Shown: positions 1-9,743 of the stretch, piece by piece
Layout of the letters: every line of letters begins with the position of its first letter
Numbering within the stretch: position 1 is the stretch's first letter
Assembly: GCA_964619625.1 (NCBI GenBank)
Contig: CAZUFD010000003.1
Location: 30,282-94,281, forward strand
Direction: 5' to 3'
Length of the DNA: 64,000 nucleotides
Source: an uncultured Gammaproteobacteria bacterium
GTDB lineage: Bacteria > Patescibacteriota > Patescibacteriia > Magasanikbacterales > GWA2-37-8
Notes under the pieces: generated by a model
Told to the model about the DNA's origin: nothing
Database searches by the model: none
The model's input: only the letters and a program-made list of their open reading frames with translations
Made by a program: the position numbers and the translations under genes

Positions 1-1
1 T

Positions 2-352
2 TATCCGTTTAGAAATGTATTTGAGCATAGCGCCATAGATATCCGCGCTTCGCAAGGTACGCCGGTAAGAGCCGCCGCATCGGGGTATGTGGCCCGTGCC
101 AAAACTTGTACCGCCTCTACTTGTTATGCGTATGTTTTAATCGTTCATACAGGCAATTTATCCACCTTGTATGGTCACCTCAGCCGTATAGATGTCGCTG
201 GAGATCAGTTTGTAAATAAAGGTGATATTATCGGCTATTCCGGCGGTAAGCCCGGAACTGTAGGCGCCGGGCCATTTGTAACCGGTCCTCATTTGCATTT
301 TGAAGTGCGTTTAAACGGAATCCCGGTTGATCCGCTGGGGTATTTGGAATAA
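2..352 (+). CDS. M23/LytM family metallopeptidase, C-terminal fragment (gene starts upstream of window)
   Basis: Frame-2 ORF open from window edge; motifs [18 protein letters not shown] and GPHLHFEV typical of M23 peptidase domain. Confidence 0.75.
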   Translation, partial: YPFRNVFEHSAIDIRASQGTPVRAAASGYVARAKTCTASTCYAYVLIVHTGNLSTLYGHLSRIDVAGDQFVNKGDIIGYSGGKPGTVGAGPFVTGPHLHFEVRLNGIPVDPLGYLE

Positions 353-457
353 TAAATTATCTGTCATTCCGAACCTTGTGTGAGGAATCTCTGTCTATTT
401 GCTGTTGCAGAGATCCCTCGTCGCTACGGCTCGCTCGGGATGACAATTGAAAATAAT

Positions 458-1429
458 ATGAAGAAATTAAAAGTTGGTGTTTTGATGGGAGGGCCGTCAT
501 CGGAAAGAGAAGTATCGCTCGTAACCGGTAAAGCCGTATTTGATAATTTAGACAGAAAAAAATACGCGCCAACAGTGGTAGAAATGAAAAAAGACGGCAG
601 TTTTTGGTTGGGGAAGAAGAGAAAACTTGATTTGCAAAATAAAGACAGGAAGTTATTTGATATTATTTTTATTGCCATGCATGGCTCGCCCGGAGAAGAT
701 GGGGGAGTGCAAGGCATGTTTGAAACCCTCGGAATTAAATATACAGGTTCGGGAGTTCTTTCTAGCGCTCTAGCGATGAATAAAGTTTTTTCAGCACAGA
801 TTTATCATGCTAACGGTTTACCATATCCGGAATTTATTCATTTTAAAAGAGACGGATGGAAAAACCACCAAGAAAAAGTTTTGCAGGATATAGAAAACAA
901 AGTTGGTTTTCCGTGCGTAGTAAAGCCAGTTGATCAAGGGTCAGCTGTGGGTGTGCATATTGTAAAATCAAAAGATGAAATTAAAAAAGTAATTGACAAG
1001 GCCATTAAAAAATTTTCGTGGCTGATGGTACAGAAATTTATTAGCGGACAAGAAGCAACCTGTGGGGTTTTGGAAAAAAATGGTACAATAATGGCGCTGC
1101 CGCCTACGCATATTCTGCCAAAGATGGGAGAATTTTATGATTATAAATCAAAATATAAAACTGGGGGCTCCACTCATATTTGTCCGGCGGATTTTGATGA
1201 ACAAGTAAATTTGGAAATACAAAAATTAGCCGTGCAAGCGCACAAAGCCTTGGGTTGCCGCAGCATGTCTAGAACCGATATTTTTGTGGGGGATGACAAA
1301 AAATTATATATATTGGAAACCAACACCATTCCGGGTATGACACCAACCAGTTTGTTTCCCGAAGCCGCGGCTAAAGCAGGTATCAGTTTTCCACAAATGC
1401 TTGATTATATTATTAAGACAAATTTATAG
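458..1429 (+). CDS. ddl: D-alanine--D-alanine ligase
   Basis: MKKLKVGVLMGGPSSEREVSLVTGKAV N-terminus and ATP-grasp C-terminus typical of Ddl; start chosen at internal ATG 458 rather than ORF-track 380. Confidence 0.9.
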   Translation: MKKLKVGVLMGGPSSEREVSLVTGKAVFDNLDRKKYAPTVVEMKKDGSFWLGKKRKLDLQNKDRKLFDIIFIAMHGSPGEDGGVQGMFETLGIKYTGSGVLSSALAMNKVFSAQIYHANGLPYPEFIHFKRDGWKNHQEKVLQDIENKVGFPCVVKPVDQGSAVGVHIVKSKDEIKKVIDKAIKKFSWLMVQKFISGQEATCGVLEKNGTIMALPPTHILPKMGEFYDYKSKYKTGGSTHICPADFDEQVNLEIQKLAVQAHKALGCRSMSRTDIFVGDDKKLYILETNTIPGMTPTSLFPEAAAKAGISFPQMLDYIIKTNL

Positions 1430-1431
1430 AT

Positions 1432-3579
1432 ATGGCAAAGTCAGCCGTGCGTAATTTGTATAAACTTTTTAACCCAGGCTCTATTGCTATTTTGGGAGCT
1501 TCGCGCGATGAAAAAAAAATCGGCAATATAGTGCTTAGAAATATTGTTAATTCCGGTTTTAGAGGCAAGATTTTTCCGGTCAATCCAAATTCCGAAGATA
1601 TAAACGGATTAACATGTTATGGCAGTTACGCGAAATTGCCGGAGATTCCGGATTTGGCAATTTTGTCATTGCCTTCGGATTTAGCTTTAGAACTTTTAGA
1701 ACCGATTGCCAAAAAAGGCACAAAAAACATTATCATATTCAGCGCCGGTTTTAAGGAGATCGGTCCTGAAGGAGAAAAAAAAGAAGAGAGCTTGCGTGCG
1801 GCCGCACAGAAATTTGGCCTAAATATTCTGGGTCCGAACTGCCTTGGCTTTGCCAGCACTGTAAGCAGTCTAAATGCCACATTTAGCAGAGTCGGCGGAG
1901 CCAGAGGAAACCTAAGATTTATGTCTCAGTCCGGAGCCTTGGCTTCCGGAATTTTTGATTGGGCTAGACAAAATGCTGTTGGTTTTAGCGAGTTTATTAC
2001 ACTCGGCAATAAAGCAGTTTTAAATGAAAACGATATTTTGCAATATTGGCTCAGTAAACCAAAAACCAAAAAACAAGAAACGGGCTTGTCTAATTGCCAG
2101 CCTATAGGTTTATATTTGGAATCAATAGACGCCGGACAAAAATTTTTAGAATTAGCAGCCAAAACTTCTCTTGCAGATCCTATTTTTATTTTAAAACCCG
2201 GTAAATCAAAGCAAGCGCAACAAGCCATTCGTTCTCATACGGGATCTATGGCCGGAGATGATGCCGTGCAAGACGCAGCTTTTGCCGAAGCCGGAGTAAT
2301 ACGCTGTGAAGGAGTAGAAGACATGTTTGATTTAGCCAAAGCTTTTTCTTGGGAAAACGCGCCGCGCGGGCCAAGAGTGGCTATAGTATCCAATGCAGGC
2401 GGTCCGGCGGTAATTAGCACCGATGCTTTAGAAAAAGAAGGTTTGGAATTGGCGGTTTTAAGTAAAAAAACATTAGCTAAACTAACAAAAAATCTTCCGC
2501 GCGCGTCTAATGTTTTAAATCCGGTGGATGTTTTGGGCGACGCGCTTTCGGATCGTTATCATGAAGCCATAAACGACGTGTTGGCTGAATCTGGCGTAGA
2601 TGCGCTGGTAATCATACTCACTCCGCAGGTGATGACGGAAGTGGAAACAACGGCCGAATTGATAGGAAAATTATCCGCCAAATATGGCAAGCCTGTAGTT
2701 TGTTCGTTTATGGGAGCCGACCTTATTCATACGGCTGAAGAAATTTTAAATAAATATAAGATTCCGTCGTTTAGATTCCCGGAACGGGCTATAAAGGCTT
2801 TGGCAAAAATGTGGCAATGGCGATCGGCAGCTGAAAAACAAAAAGCGCGCGTGAAACAGAAAAAACAAAAGTTGGTTTCTAAACATAGCACAGAAAAAAT
2901 CAATGCCATAATTCAATCTTTGGAAAAAAATAACAAAGTACTCTCGGCAACTCAAGCCGACGAGGTATTACATACTTGTGGCATTAAAACACCAAAGTCC
3001 GCAACGATTAATAATGTAGAAGAAGCGCGTAATTTCGCGCAAAAAAATAAATGGCCGGTAGTGCTTAAAATTTCTTCGCCATTTTTGATGCATAAAACCG
3101 AAGCGGGAGCCGTAATTAAAAATATAAATAATAATGAACAATTAGAAAACGCATGGACAAAAATTACGGCCATAGTAAAAAAATTACCGAATAAATCAAA
3201 CTGCTTTATACAAATTCAACAGCAAATCGGCGCGGGCGTTGAAGTTATTGCCGGCATAAAACATGACAACAGTTTTGGCAATGTGCTTATGTTTGGCGCG
3301 GGTGGAATACTGGCCGAACTAATAGGGGATAGTAATTTAAAAATGCTGCCAATAGACGAAGCTGGCGCAAAACAATTAATATTAAAATCCAAAGTCAGCA
3401 AACTACTTACCGGATTTAGAAATCAAAAATCTTTTGCCTTAAACAAACTGGCAACTTTGCTTGTAAAACTTGGAAATCTGGCGCAAACAACAAATCAGTT
3501 TAGTGAAATTACGATCAATCCGATTATAGTTACTGAAACTGATGCCTGGGCCGTAGACCCAAGAATCATAGTCAGATAA
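1432..3579 (+). CDS. acetate--CoA ligase (ADP-forming), fused alpha/beta (CoA-binding + ATP-grasp domains)
   Basis: 715 aa; N-terminal CoA-binding/succinyl-CoA-synthetase-like domain (SIAILGASRDEKKIGN...FPVNP) plus C-terminal ATP-grasp; 2 nt after ddl stop. Confidence 0.8.
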   Translation: MAKSAVRNLYKLFNPGSIAILGASRDEKKIGNIVLRNIVNSGFRGKIFPVNPNSEDINGLTCYGSYAKLPEIPDLAILSLPSDLALELLEPIAKKGTKNIIIFSAGFKEIGPEGEKKEESLRAAAQKFGLNILGPNCLGFASTVSSLNATFSRVGGARGNLRFMSQSGALASGIFDWARQNAVGFSEFITLGNKAVLNENDILQYWLSKPKTKKQETGLSNCQPIGLYLESIDAGQKFLELAAKTSLADPIFILKPGKSKQAQQAIRSHTGSMAGDDAVQDAAFAEAGVIRCEGVEDMFDLAKAFSWENAPRGPRVAIVSNAGGPAVISTDALEKEGLELAVLSKKTLAKLTKNLPRASNVLNPVDVLGDALSDRYHEAINDVLAESGVDALVIILTPQVMTEVETTAELIGKLSAKYGKPVVCSFMGADLIHTAEEILNKYKIPSFRFPERAIKALAKMWQWRSAAEKQKARVKQKKQKLVSKHSTEKINAIIQSLEKNNKVLSATQADEVLHTCGIKTPKSATINNVEEARNFAQKNKWPVVLKISSPFLMHKTEAGAVIKNINNNEQLENAWTKITAIVKKLPNKSNCFIQIQQQIGAGVEVIAGIKHDNSFGNVLMFGAGGILAELIGDSNLKMLPIDEAGAKQLILKSKVSKLLTGFRNQKSFALNKLATLLVKLGNLAQTTNQFSEITINPIIVTETDAWAVDPRIIVR

Positions 3580-3588
3580 TATTAAGAT

Positions 3589-5298
3589 ATGCAACCATTT
3601 AGCGTAAAAATTGGCGGAGAAGCGGGGTTTGGCATCATGTCCTCTGGTTTGATTTTTTCTAAAGTTGCGACTCGTTCCGGCTACCATGTATTTAATTATA
3701 TGGAGTACCCTTCCATCATTAGAGGCGGGCATAATGTAATGCAGATAATGGTATCGGAAAATCCGATTGCGGCTTCATATGAACATACGGATTTTTTAGT
3801 TGCCTTAAATCAGCAAACCATAGACCTACATGTTTCAGAGCTTTCACTAAACGCCGGTTTGATGTATGACTCGGTAACGTGCGTGCTGCCAAAACTCCCT
3901 AAAGGAGTAACTGCTTTTGACATTCCGATTGATAAAATAGTCAGAGAAATTGGCGGGTCGTTTATTTTTAGAAATACTATAGCGATCGGCGCGGCCGTGG
4001 CGCTCGTTGGAGGCGATATAAAAATTTTGAAAGATTTGTTAGCTGAAGGGTTTGCCGGTAAATCAAAAGAACTCATAGAGAAAAATTTTCGCGTTGCCGA
4101 AGCCGGATATAACTACGCGCGCCAGCGGTATGCCAATAAAATTAAGCCAATATTTGCGATAAAAAAGAAAAAACAAAAACAAATGGTAATAGCCGGCAAC
4201 GAAGCGATCGCTCTGGGTTCAATTGCCGCAGGTATGCAATTTGCCGCTATTTACCCTATGACGCCGATTAGCAATATTTTACATACCTTGGCGCCACTAC
4301 AGGAAAAATATAATTTTATTTATAAGCAGCCCGAGGATGAAATCTCGGCCATTAATATGGCTATTGGCGCTTCGTTTGCGGGAGCTAGGGCCATGACCGC
4401 GTCTGCGGGCGGGGGATTTTGTTTGATGAGTGAGGGCTATGGCTTGGCGGCTATGACCGAAACTCCGCTGGTTATTATAGAAGGTATGCGAGGCGGTCCG
4501 GCTACGGGCTTGCCAACATGGACCGAACAGGGTGATTTGCGATTTGTTTTGCATGCGCATCAAGGCGAGTTCGCAAGAATTGTTTTGGCAGCCGGTGATG
4601 CGACCGAAGCATTTCACCTCACCATGCAGGCGTTTAATTTGGCAGATAAATATCAAACCCCGGTAATAGTTATTGTTGACAAACAAGTGTGTGAAAGTCA
4701 TTTTAGCGTTAGTCCGTTTGAGTATAATAAATATATAGCAGACAGAGGAAAATTTACGGCTAAAAAACAAGCAAACTATAAACGGTATGCTCTCAGCAAA
4801 GATGGTATATCATTACGCAGCATCCCGGGTGTAGGCAACCATGTTGTCGCCAATTCCGATGAACATAATGAGCTGGGATATTCTAATGAAGAGGCTAAAA
4901 ATAGATTAGATCAAATGAGTAAGCGTATGCAAAAATTGGCTACCTGTGCCAAAGAAGATTTGCCTAAGCCGGAACTAGTCGGGCCAAAAGATGCGGATGT
5001 AACCATAGTATCCTGGGGCAGCAATAAAGGCGCAATTTTAGAAGCCATGAATTATTTTGATAATGTAAATTTTTTACATCTGACTTGGATCAGTCCGTTT
5101 CCAACCGAGGCCGTAAAAAATATTTTGCATAAAGCAAATAGAATTCTAAATATAGAATGTAATTCTACGGCGCAGATGGCCGGACTTATTAAAGAAAAAA
5201 CCGGCATTGGCATAAAAGATAATTTATTAAAATACGATGGCCGGCCGTTTTTCCCGGAAGAAATCATCGCGAAAATTATATCGATTTTACGTCGGTAA
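3589..5298 (+). CDS. 2-oxoacid:ferredoxin oxidoreductase, fused gamma-alpha subunit
   Basis: 569 aa; N-terminal gamma-domain (GGEAGFGIMSSG) followed by alpha (pyrimidine-binding/transketolase-like) domain. Confidence 0.85.
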   Translation: MQPFSVKIGGEAGFGIMSSGLIFSKVATRSGYHVFNYMEYPSIIRGGHNVMQIMVSENPIAASYEHTDFLVALNQQTIDLHVSELSLNAGLMYDSVTCVLPKLPKGVTAFDIPIDKIVREIGGSFIFRNTIAIGAAVALVGGDIKILKDLLAEGFAGKSKELIEKNFRVAEAGYNYARQRYANKIKPIFAIKKKKQKQMVIAGNEAIALGSIAAGMQFAAIYPMTPISNILHTLAPLQEKYNFIYKQPEDEISAINMAIGASFAGARAMTASAGGGFCLMSEGYGLAAMTETPLVIIEGMRGGPATGLPTWTEQGDLRFVLHAHQGEFARIVLAAGDATEAFHLTMQAFNLADKYQTPVIVIVDKQVCESHFSVSPFEYNKYIADRGKFTAKKQANYKRYALSKDGISLRSIPGVGNHVVANSDEHNELGYSNEEAKNRLDQMSKRMQKLATCAKEDLPKPELVGPKDADVTIVSWGSNKGAILEAMNYFDNVNFLHLTWISPFPTEAVKNILHKANRILNIECNSTAQMAGLIKEKTGIGIKDNLLKYDGRPFFPEEIIAKIISILRR

Positions 5299-5360
5299 AA
5301 TCGTGTATCCTTGATTTCTCGCCAAAGAGAAATCAAGGGAAAAATACCTAAATTATTGCT

Positions 5361-6218
5361 ATGACTACTGTACAAAATTTAAAAACTCCTAATGCGTGCA
5401 ATTGGTGTCCGGGATGCGGCAATTTTGGCATTTGGACAGCCGTTAAGGAAGCCGCGGCTAAGGAACGCTGGAATAATACCAACAGCGTGATTGTGGCCGG
5501 CATCGGCTGCCATGGTCATATTAATAATTTCATTGAACTGAGCAGTTTTGAAGGGTTGCATGGCCGGGCTATACCGGTGGCTTCGGCTATAAAAATGGTG
5601 AACCACAGGCTGAATGTAATGGTTTTTACCGGCGACGGAGATTGTTTGGCCGAAGGGGGTAATCATTTCATGCATGCGGCTCGCCGTAATCAAAATTTAA
5701 CGGTTATTTTGCATGATAATGCCATTTATGGCCTTACCACCGGACAAACCTCGCCACGTTCTCCGCACGGCTTTAAATCAAAATCAACCCCTATGGGGAA
5801 TTTGGATGAACCGATTAACCCGCTTACGCTGGCCATATCTGCCGGAGCCACGTTTGTCGCCAGAGCATATTCAGGCGATATTCCTCGTCTCACCGATTTA
5901 ATTATTCAAGCAAATAACCATAACGGTTTTTCGGTATTGCAGATTTTACAGCCATGCGTAACATTTAATAAAATCTATTCACATACTTTTTTCCAGGAAA
6001 ATACGTATCATTTGCCCGCAAGTTATAATCCGCAAGATAAAACTGCGGCCTTTGCTAAAACCTTGGAGTGGGGAGAAAAACAAATCCCGGTCGGCGTAAT
6101 TTATAAAGAAGATAGGCCGTCGTACGAAGATCAAGTGCCGCAAATTAAAGCTGCGCCTCTTATTTCGGTAGCCGCGAAAAAAAGAAATATTAATGAAACA
6201 CTGGAAACATTTCTATGA
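5361..6218 (+). CDS. 2-oxoacid:ferredoxin oxidoreductase beta subunit (TPP-binding)
   Basis: CNWCPGCGNFGI motif and GDGD TPP-binding signature; TGA stop overlaps next ATG (ATGA). Confidence 0.85.
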   Translation: MTTVQNLKTPNACNWCPGCGNFGIWTAVKEAAAKERWNNTNSVIVAGIGCHGHINNFIELSSFEGLHGRAIPVASAIKMVNHRLNVMVFTGDGDCLAEGGNHFMHAARRNQNLTVILHDNAIYGLTTGQTSPRSPHGFKSKSTPMGNLDEPINPLTLAISAGATFVARAYSGDIPRLTDLIIQANNHNGFSVLQILQPCVTFNKIYSHTFFQENTYHLPASYNPQDKTAAFAKTLEWGEKQIPVGVIYKEDRPSYEDQVPQIKAAPLISVAAKKRNINETLETFL

Positions 6219-6682
6219 AGAAGATTCTGTTAATATACGCTACGCATTCCGGCAGTACCTTTGTAGCCGCGCAAATCATCAAGGAAATTTTGTCAACCAA
6301 TTTTGAGGTGGTAATGCAAAATGCCTTGGAGTCAAAACCAACAGATATAAAAAATTATGATACGGTTATTTTAGGTTCCCCAAGCTGGTTTAGCAGGGGA
6401 GAAGAAGGAATGCCATCCGAAACCATGCTGAAATTAACGGATGTTTGGGGTAAACAGAATTTATCCAATAAGCATTTCGCGGTATATGGCTGCGGTGATG
6501 ATAGTTATATGACTTTTTGTGGCGCGGTAAATCATCTGGAAAATTTTGTAAAAAACGTAAAAGGCAACTTTATGTTGCCATCCCTTCGTCTCAATGGTTT
6601 CTTTTTTGACGTAGATAAAAACGTAGAACAGGTAAAAAAATGGGCCGCTGATTTAAAAGTTAAAGCCGGCACGATCTGGTAA
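6215..6682 (+). CDS. flavodoxin
   Basis: MKKILLIYATHSGSTFVAAQ flavodoxin-like N-terminus; translationally coupled to OFOR beta. Confidence 0.8.
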   Translation: MKKILLIYATHSGSTFVAAQIIKEILSTNFEVVMQNALESKPTDIKNYDTVILGSPSWFSRGEEGMPSETMLKLTDVWGKQNLSNKHFAVYGCGDDSYMTFCGAVNHLENFVKNVKGNFMLPSLRLNGFFFDVDKNVEQVKKWAADLKVKAGTIW

Positions 6683-6685
6683 AGA

Positions 6686-7651
6686 TTACTTTTTACCGCT
6701 GTGAAATTTTTTGTGGATATCGCGCAAGCGCGGATTGGTGACGTGCGTGTAGATTTGAGTTGTAACAATATTTTTATGGCCCAGAAGTTCTTGCACGGAA
6801 CGCATATCTGCGCCTTGTTGCAGTAGATCCGTGGCAAAGCTGTGGCGCAATGTATGCGGCGTGGCATCTATGGGCAATCCGGCCATGGATCTGTATTTGC
6901 TTACCATCCGCTCTATGGAACGAGCGGTTAAACGGTTGTCATTTTCTTCATCGCCACCTTTTTTATAGTTTATAAATAGCGGTTGGTGCATGTCTTTTCT
7001 AGTTTTAAGATACTCTCCCAACCATTTTAAGGCTCGATCGGAGAAATAAATTGTACGGGTTGAACCGCCTTTTCCAGAAATGGTTAGTTCTTCATCGGAA
7101 TATTTTCCCTTTTTTAAGTTTTCCACGTTAAAGCTTCTTACATTGAGTGAAGTTAATTCGGAGACACGCATGCCGGTAGAGAACAGGATTTCTAAAATTG
7201 CCCGATCACGCAAGCCGTCCGGCTTGGAAAGGTCGGGCATGTTCATTAATTTTTCTACTTGTTCAAATTTAAGAAATTTAATTGCCTTATCTTTATCCGT
7301 AAGTTTTGGCAGCTTTATTTTTTCCGATGGCAGGGAAATGATATCTTTTTCAGCAAAATAGGCGAGGAGATTTCGTAAAGCGATCAGATAATAATTTTGC
7401 GTTGTTTTTTTATTAAAATTGCCCCGCTTATCCTTTTTTCGGGATAAAGATACGCGATAATTCCAGATATGTTCCGGGGTAAGTTCATGGGGTTTTAATG
7501 AGCCTAAATTTGATTCTTGGAGCCATTTGGTAAAGGTTTTGAGAAAGTTGTGGTAATTGCGGGTAGAAATAGGGGAGAGGCCCTTTTCAATTTCGCAGTA
7601 TTCCAAAAAAGTGGGGATGTGGAAGGTGATGGGTTGATTGGATTTGTGCAT
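6686..7651 (-). CDS. tyrosine site-specific recombinase (XerC/XerD-family integrase)
   Basis: C-terminal catalytic motifs HTLRHSFATDLLQQGADMRSVQELLGHKNIVTTQIYTHV; N-terminal SAM-like core-binding domain. Confidence 0.85.
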   Translation of the reverse strand: MHKSNQPITFHIPTFLEYCEIEKGLSPISTRNYHNFLKTFTKWLQESNLGSLKPHELTPEHIWNYRVSLSRKKDKRGNFNKKTTQNYYLIALRNLLAYFAEKDIISLPSEKIKLPKLTDKDKAIKFLKFEQVEKLMNMPDLSKPDGLRDRAILEILFSTGMRVSELTSLNVRSFNVENLKKGKYSDEELTISGKGGSTRTIYFSDRALKWLGEYLKTRKDMHQPLFINYKKGGDEENDNRLTARSIERMVSKYRSMAGLPIDATPHTLRHSFATDLLQQGADMRSVQELLGHKNIVTTQIYTHVTNPRLRDIHKKFHSGKK

Positions 7652-7690
7652 AAGCTTGTATTAACCGTATTTTTATTATATCATAAAATA

Positions 7691-7699
7691 TTATACGAC
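7691..7699. repeat. candidate att core TTATACGAC (left copy), followed by CGTATCTTAAT arm-like motif
   Basis: Exact 9-mer recurs at 11634-11642 next to a near-identical CGTCTCTTAAT motif; the two copies bracket the compositionally foreign segment. Confidence 0.3.
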
Positions 7700-7712
7700 G
7701 TATCTTAATTGT

Positions 7713-7862
7713 ATGAGTAGTTTCGTAAAAACCCGTGCGGCCACATTATTTTGGGGATTTGCGGTAACGTATTTTTTTACCGGTCATATCGTTACTTCCC
7801 TTAAGATTTTTGCCGTTATGGCAATTGGCAACACACTTATCATGTGGAAGCTAGTAAAATAA
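7713..7862 (+). CDS. hypothetical small membrane protein (49 aa)
   Basis: ATG-initiated ORF MSSFVKTRAATLFWGFAVTYFFTGHIVTSLKIFAVMAIGNTLIMWKLVK, hydrophobic; not in ORF track (below 60 aa). Confidence 0.3.
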   Translation: MSSFVKTRAATLFWGFAVTYFFTGHIVTSLKIFAVMAIGNTLIMWKLVK

Positions 7863-7872
7863 GGAGCTATAT

Positions 7873-7900
7873 TTGACATAATTATTTTATATGTTAATCT
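7873..7900 (+). promoter_or_regulatory. sigma70-like promoter (TTGACA -35, 16-nt spacer, TAATCT -10)
   Basis: Perfect -35 hexamer 7873-7878 upstream of GC-rich ORF X1. Confidence 0.45.
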
Positions 7901-7939
7901 TTGTATTTAAGACAAAAAAACACCACCAGGGAGGCATCC

Positions 7940-8317
7940 ATGAATTGGCGCGAAGTTGCAAGCCGTGATGATGTGGTGGGCGGGGAGATTGAGACCCAAG
8001 AAGGGGAGTTCATCTTCCGCGGCCCGATCACATCTGTAGAAGTTCGTGATGACGGCCTGGTCTATTTCCAGGTTGCCTGGGCAGCCCAGAAGCCCATCAG
8101 CATGGAAGGCGGATGGGTGAAGCATGAGGCCACAAGCTTCGTGGTGAGCGCACGTGTTTCGATAGAAGATATCGGTGAAGGCAAACTTCACTTCCGAACT
8201 TCGTTTGCGGAGTCCGCAACCATCTTCCTAAAGGGGAGTGGTAACAAACTGAGTCCACGCAATGTTCGTGGTCTGCGGGTTTGTAGAAGTCACAGAAGAC
8301 ATGCCAAGGCTTCTTGA
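7940..8317 (+). CDS. GC-rich small protein, family X copy 1 (hypothetical, 125 aa)
   Basis: GGGAGG SD 5 nt before ATG 7940; about 60% GC versus AT-rich surroundings; weak similarity to 9744-10097 (MNWREV/MKWKKV N-termini; W.K...S...ED motif). Confidence 0.6.
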   Translation: MNWREVASRDDVVGGEIETQEGEFIFRGPITSVEVRDDGLVYFQVAWAAQKPISMEGGWVKHEATSFVVSARVSIEDIGEGKLHFRTSFAESATIFLKGSGNKLSPRNVRGLRVCRSHRRHAKAS

Positions 8318-8391
8318 GAGGGGGAAATCAGTAAGGCCGTCCAAATTGCTTTGATTATAAAAGTTATAGTTAAAGCAATGACGGTCTTAAT

Positions 8392-8419
8392 AAAATACAC
8401 CTTTAATGAGGTGTATTTT
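8392..8419. terminator. bidirectional intrinsic terminator hairpin (AAAATACACCT...AGGTGTATTTT)
   Basis: 11-bp perfect stem between convergent X1 and Y1 genes, flanked by T/A runs. Confidence 0.5.
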
Positions 8420-8564
8420 ATTATTTAAAATTGCAAAACCACCGCCCCGAACTCATCTTTGCAGATAAAATCGGAAACGGTGGTTGAAAGAATCCTTGAT
8501 CGGCATCACTTGTTCCATAGATCAAATGTCCGAATAACTAAGACTCTAGTTGGTTACTCTGGTG

Positions 8565-8873
8565 CTACTCCTCGGCCTGGATAGCGTCCAGCGAACCGAA
8601 AAGTCTGGCGATGAAGAGATCTTCGGCAGCTCCACTGAAGTGCTGAGAAAGTTGGATCGTGATGGTGCAATCGGCGCGTCCCCGCCAGTCTCCGTGGTTG
8701 GCCACGGAGGTGAGCAGTTCGTGGTCCTCAATCGAGGCCGGCGCCAGGTAGTTCTCGGTCATCCGAAGCAGTTCTCTGACAGCGCCGGTTGCGCCGTATT
8801 TGAACTGCAGTCTCAACCTACGACTGCCGTTGCGCGCCTTCTTCAGTTCGACAGACATTTGCTCTCTCATCAT
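8565..8873 (-). CDS. GC-rich small protein, family Y copy 1 (hypothetical, 102 aa)
   Basis: GGAGG SD 5 nt before ATGATG start at 8873; TTGACC-17-TACCAT promoter on minus strand about 8928-8956; paralog of 9424-9732 and 47997-48308. Confidence 0.65.
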   Translation of the reverse strand: MMREQMSVELKKARNGSRRLRLQFKYGATGAVRELLRMTENYLAPASIEDHELLTSVANHGDWRGRADCTITIQLSQHFSGAAEDLFIARLFGSLDAIQAEE

Positions 8874-9027
8874 ACACACCTCCGAGGTGGGATGGAATTG
8901 TTTGTGCCGTGAACAAAGTAGCATGGTACCCTACTTTTAGCCCCAGGTCAATTAAATATATCAAATCTTTAGTTTATTTTTAGGAAAAATTTATTATAGT
9001 TAGTGTATAGTAAATCTTAACTATAAT

Positions 9028-9306
9028 ATGAAAATAAAGTTTTATTTAGTATTTTTCTGTCTGTTAATTTTGTTAGGCGCTGGCTGTAAAAAAGAAGAAT
9101 GGCAAGGATTTTATTATCCAAACGGCTGTCTTTCGTGCATGGAAGATTATATCTATAGCCCAACGCTTTCTTCAGTGGAAGAATGCCATAACTGGGCACA
9201 GGAAATAAAGAAAGAGCGGGGGGATAACCCAACCGATCAATATGAATGTGGTTTAAATTGTAGGGCCAAAGGTATTTTGCATGTTTGCAAGGAAACGGTA
9301 GATTAA
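9028..9306 (+). CDS. small Cys-rich lipoprotein (92 aa)
   Basis: Signal peptide with lipobox LLGAGC; AT-rich codon usage (host-like); TATAAT at about 9021. Confidence 0.55.
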   Translation: MKIKFYLVFFCLLILLGAGCKKEEWQGFYYPNGCLSCMEDYIYSPTLSSVEECHNWAQEIKKERGDNPTDQYECGLNCRAKGILHVCKETVD

Positions 9307-9373
9307 GTAAAAATTTTACTATCCGCCTGCTCTAGCAAGTCGTTTTTTAGTACTCAAATAGCGGAATAGATAA

Positions 9374-9401
9374 TTGACAATAATAATTAATGTGTTAGTC
9401 T
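9374..9401 (+). promoter_or_regulatory. sigma70-like promoter (TTGACA -35, 16-nt spacer, TAGTCT -10)
   Basis: Perfect -35 at 9374-9379; same architecture as promoter at 7873. Confidence 0.4.
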
Positions 9402-9423
9402 TATGTACCAGGAGGAAGATTCC

Positions 9424-9732
9424 ATGAAAGAGAAAGCTGCCGAAGTCCTTGGACAGGCTCTGGTGGGTACGCGGACGCTCAAGCTGACGTTCAAGCGAAC
9501 AGCTCCAGCAATTGTCTTCAGGCATCTGGATTCAATGTGGGGCAGAGGACTGTTGTTCCTCTCCAGCGGTAATCGAGTGCGACTCAAGATGCTTCTGGCC
9601 AAGGGTGCCGATTGGGGAGGGGATGAGAAGCGAGTTCTGGAGCTTACCCTTACCGTGGAATTCACGGAACAAAGCCGGGGTTGGTTTATTCGCCAGGTTT
9701 CCGATGGCCTGGACGATATCCAGGCTGTGTGA
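9424..9732 (+). CDS. GC-rich small protein, family Y copy 2 (hypothetical, 102 aa)
   Basis: AGGAGG SD 9410-9415; conserved blocks GTRTLKLTFKRTAPAIV, ADWGGDE, LTLTVEF, LDDIQA shared with Y1 and Y3. Confidence 0.7.
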   Translation: MKEKAAEVLGQALVGTRTLKLTFKRTAPAIVFRHLDSMWGRGLLFLSSGNRVRLKMLLAKGADWGGDEKRVLELTLTVEFTEQSRGWFIRQVSDGLDDIQAV

Positions 9733-9743
9733 GAGGAGTTCTT

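Noticed and set aside
424-717. 97-aa minus-strand ORF
   Set aside because: Antisense within ddl.
8550-8912. 120-aa plus-strand ORF in the GC-rich segment
   Set aside because: Exactly antisense to Y1. The minus-strand gene has the SD, promoter and family conservation (Y1/Y2/Y3), and the plus ORF is a GC-shadow frame.
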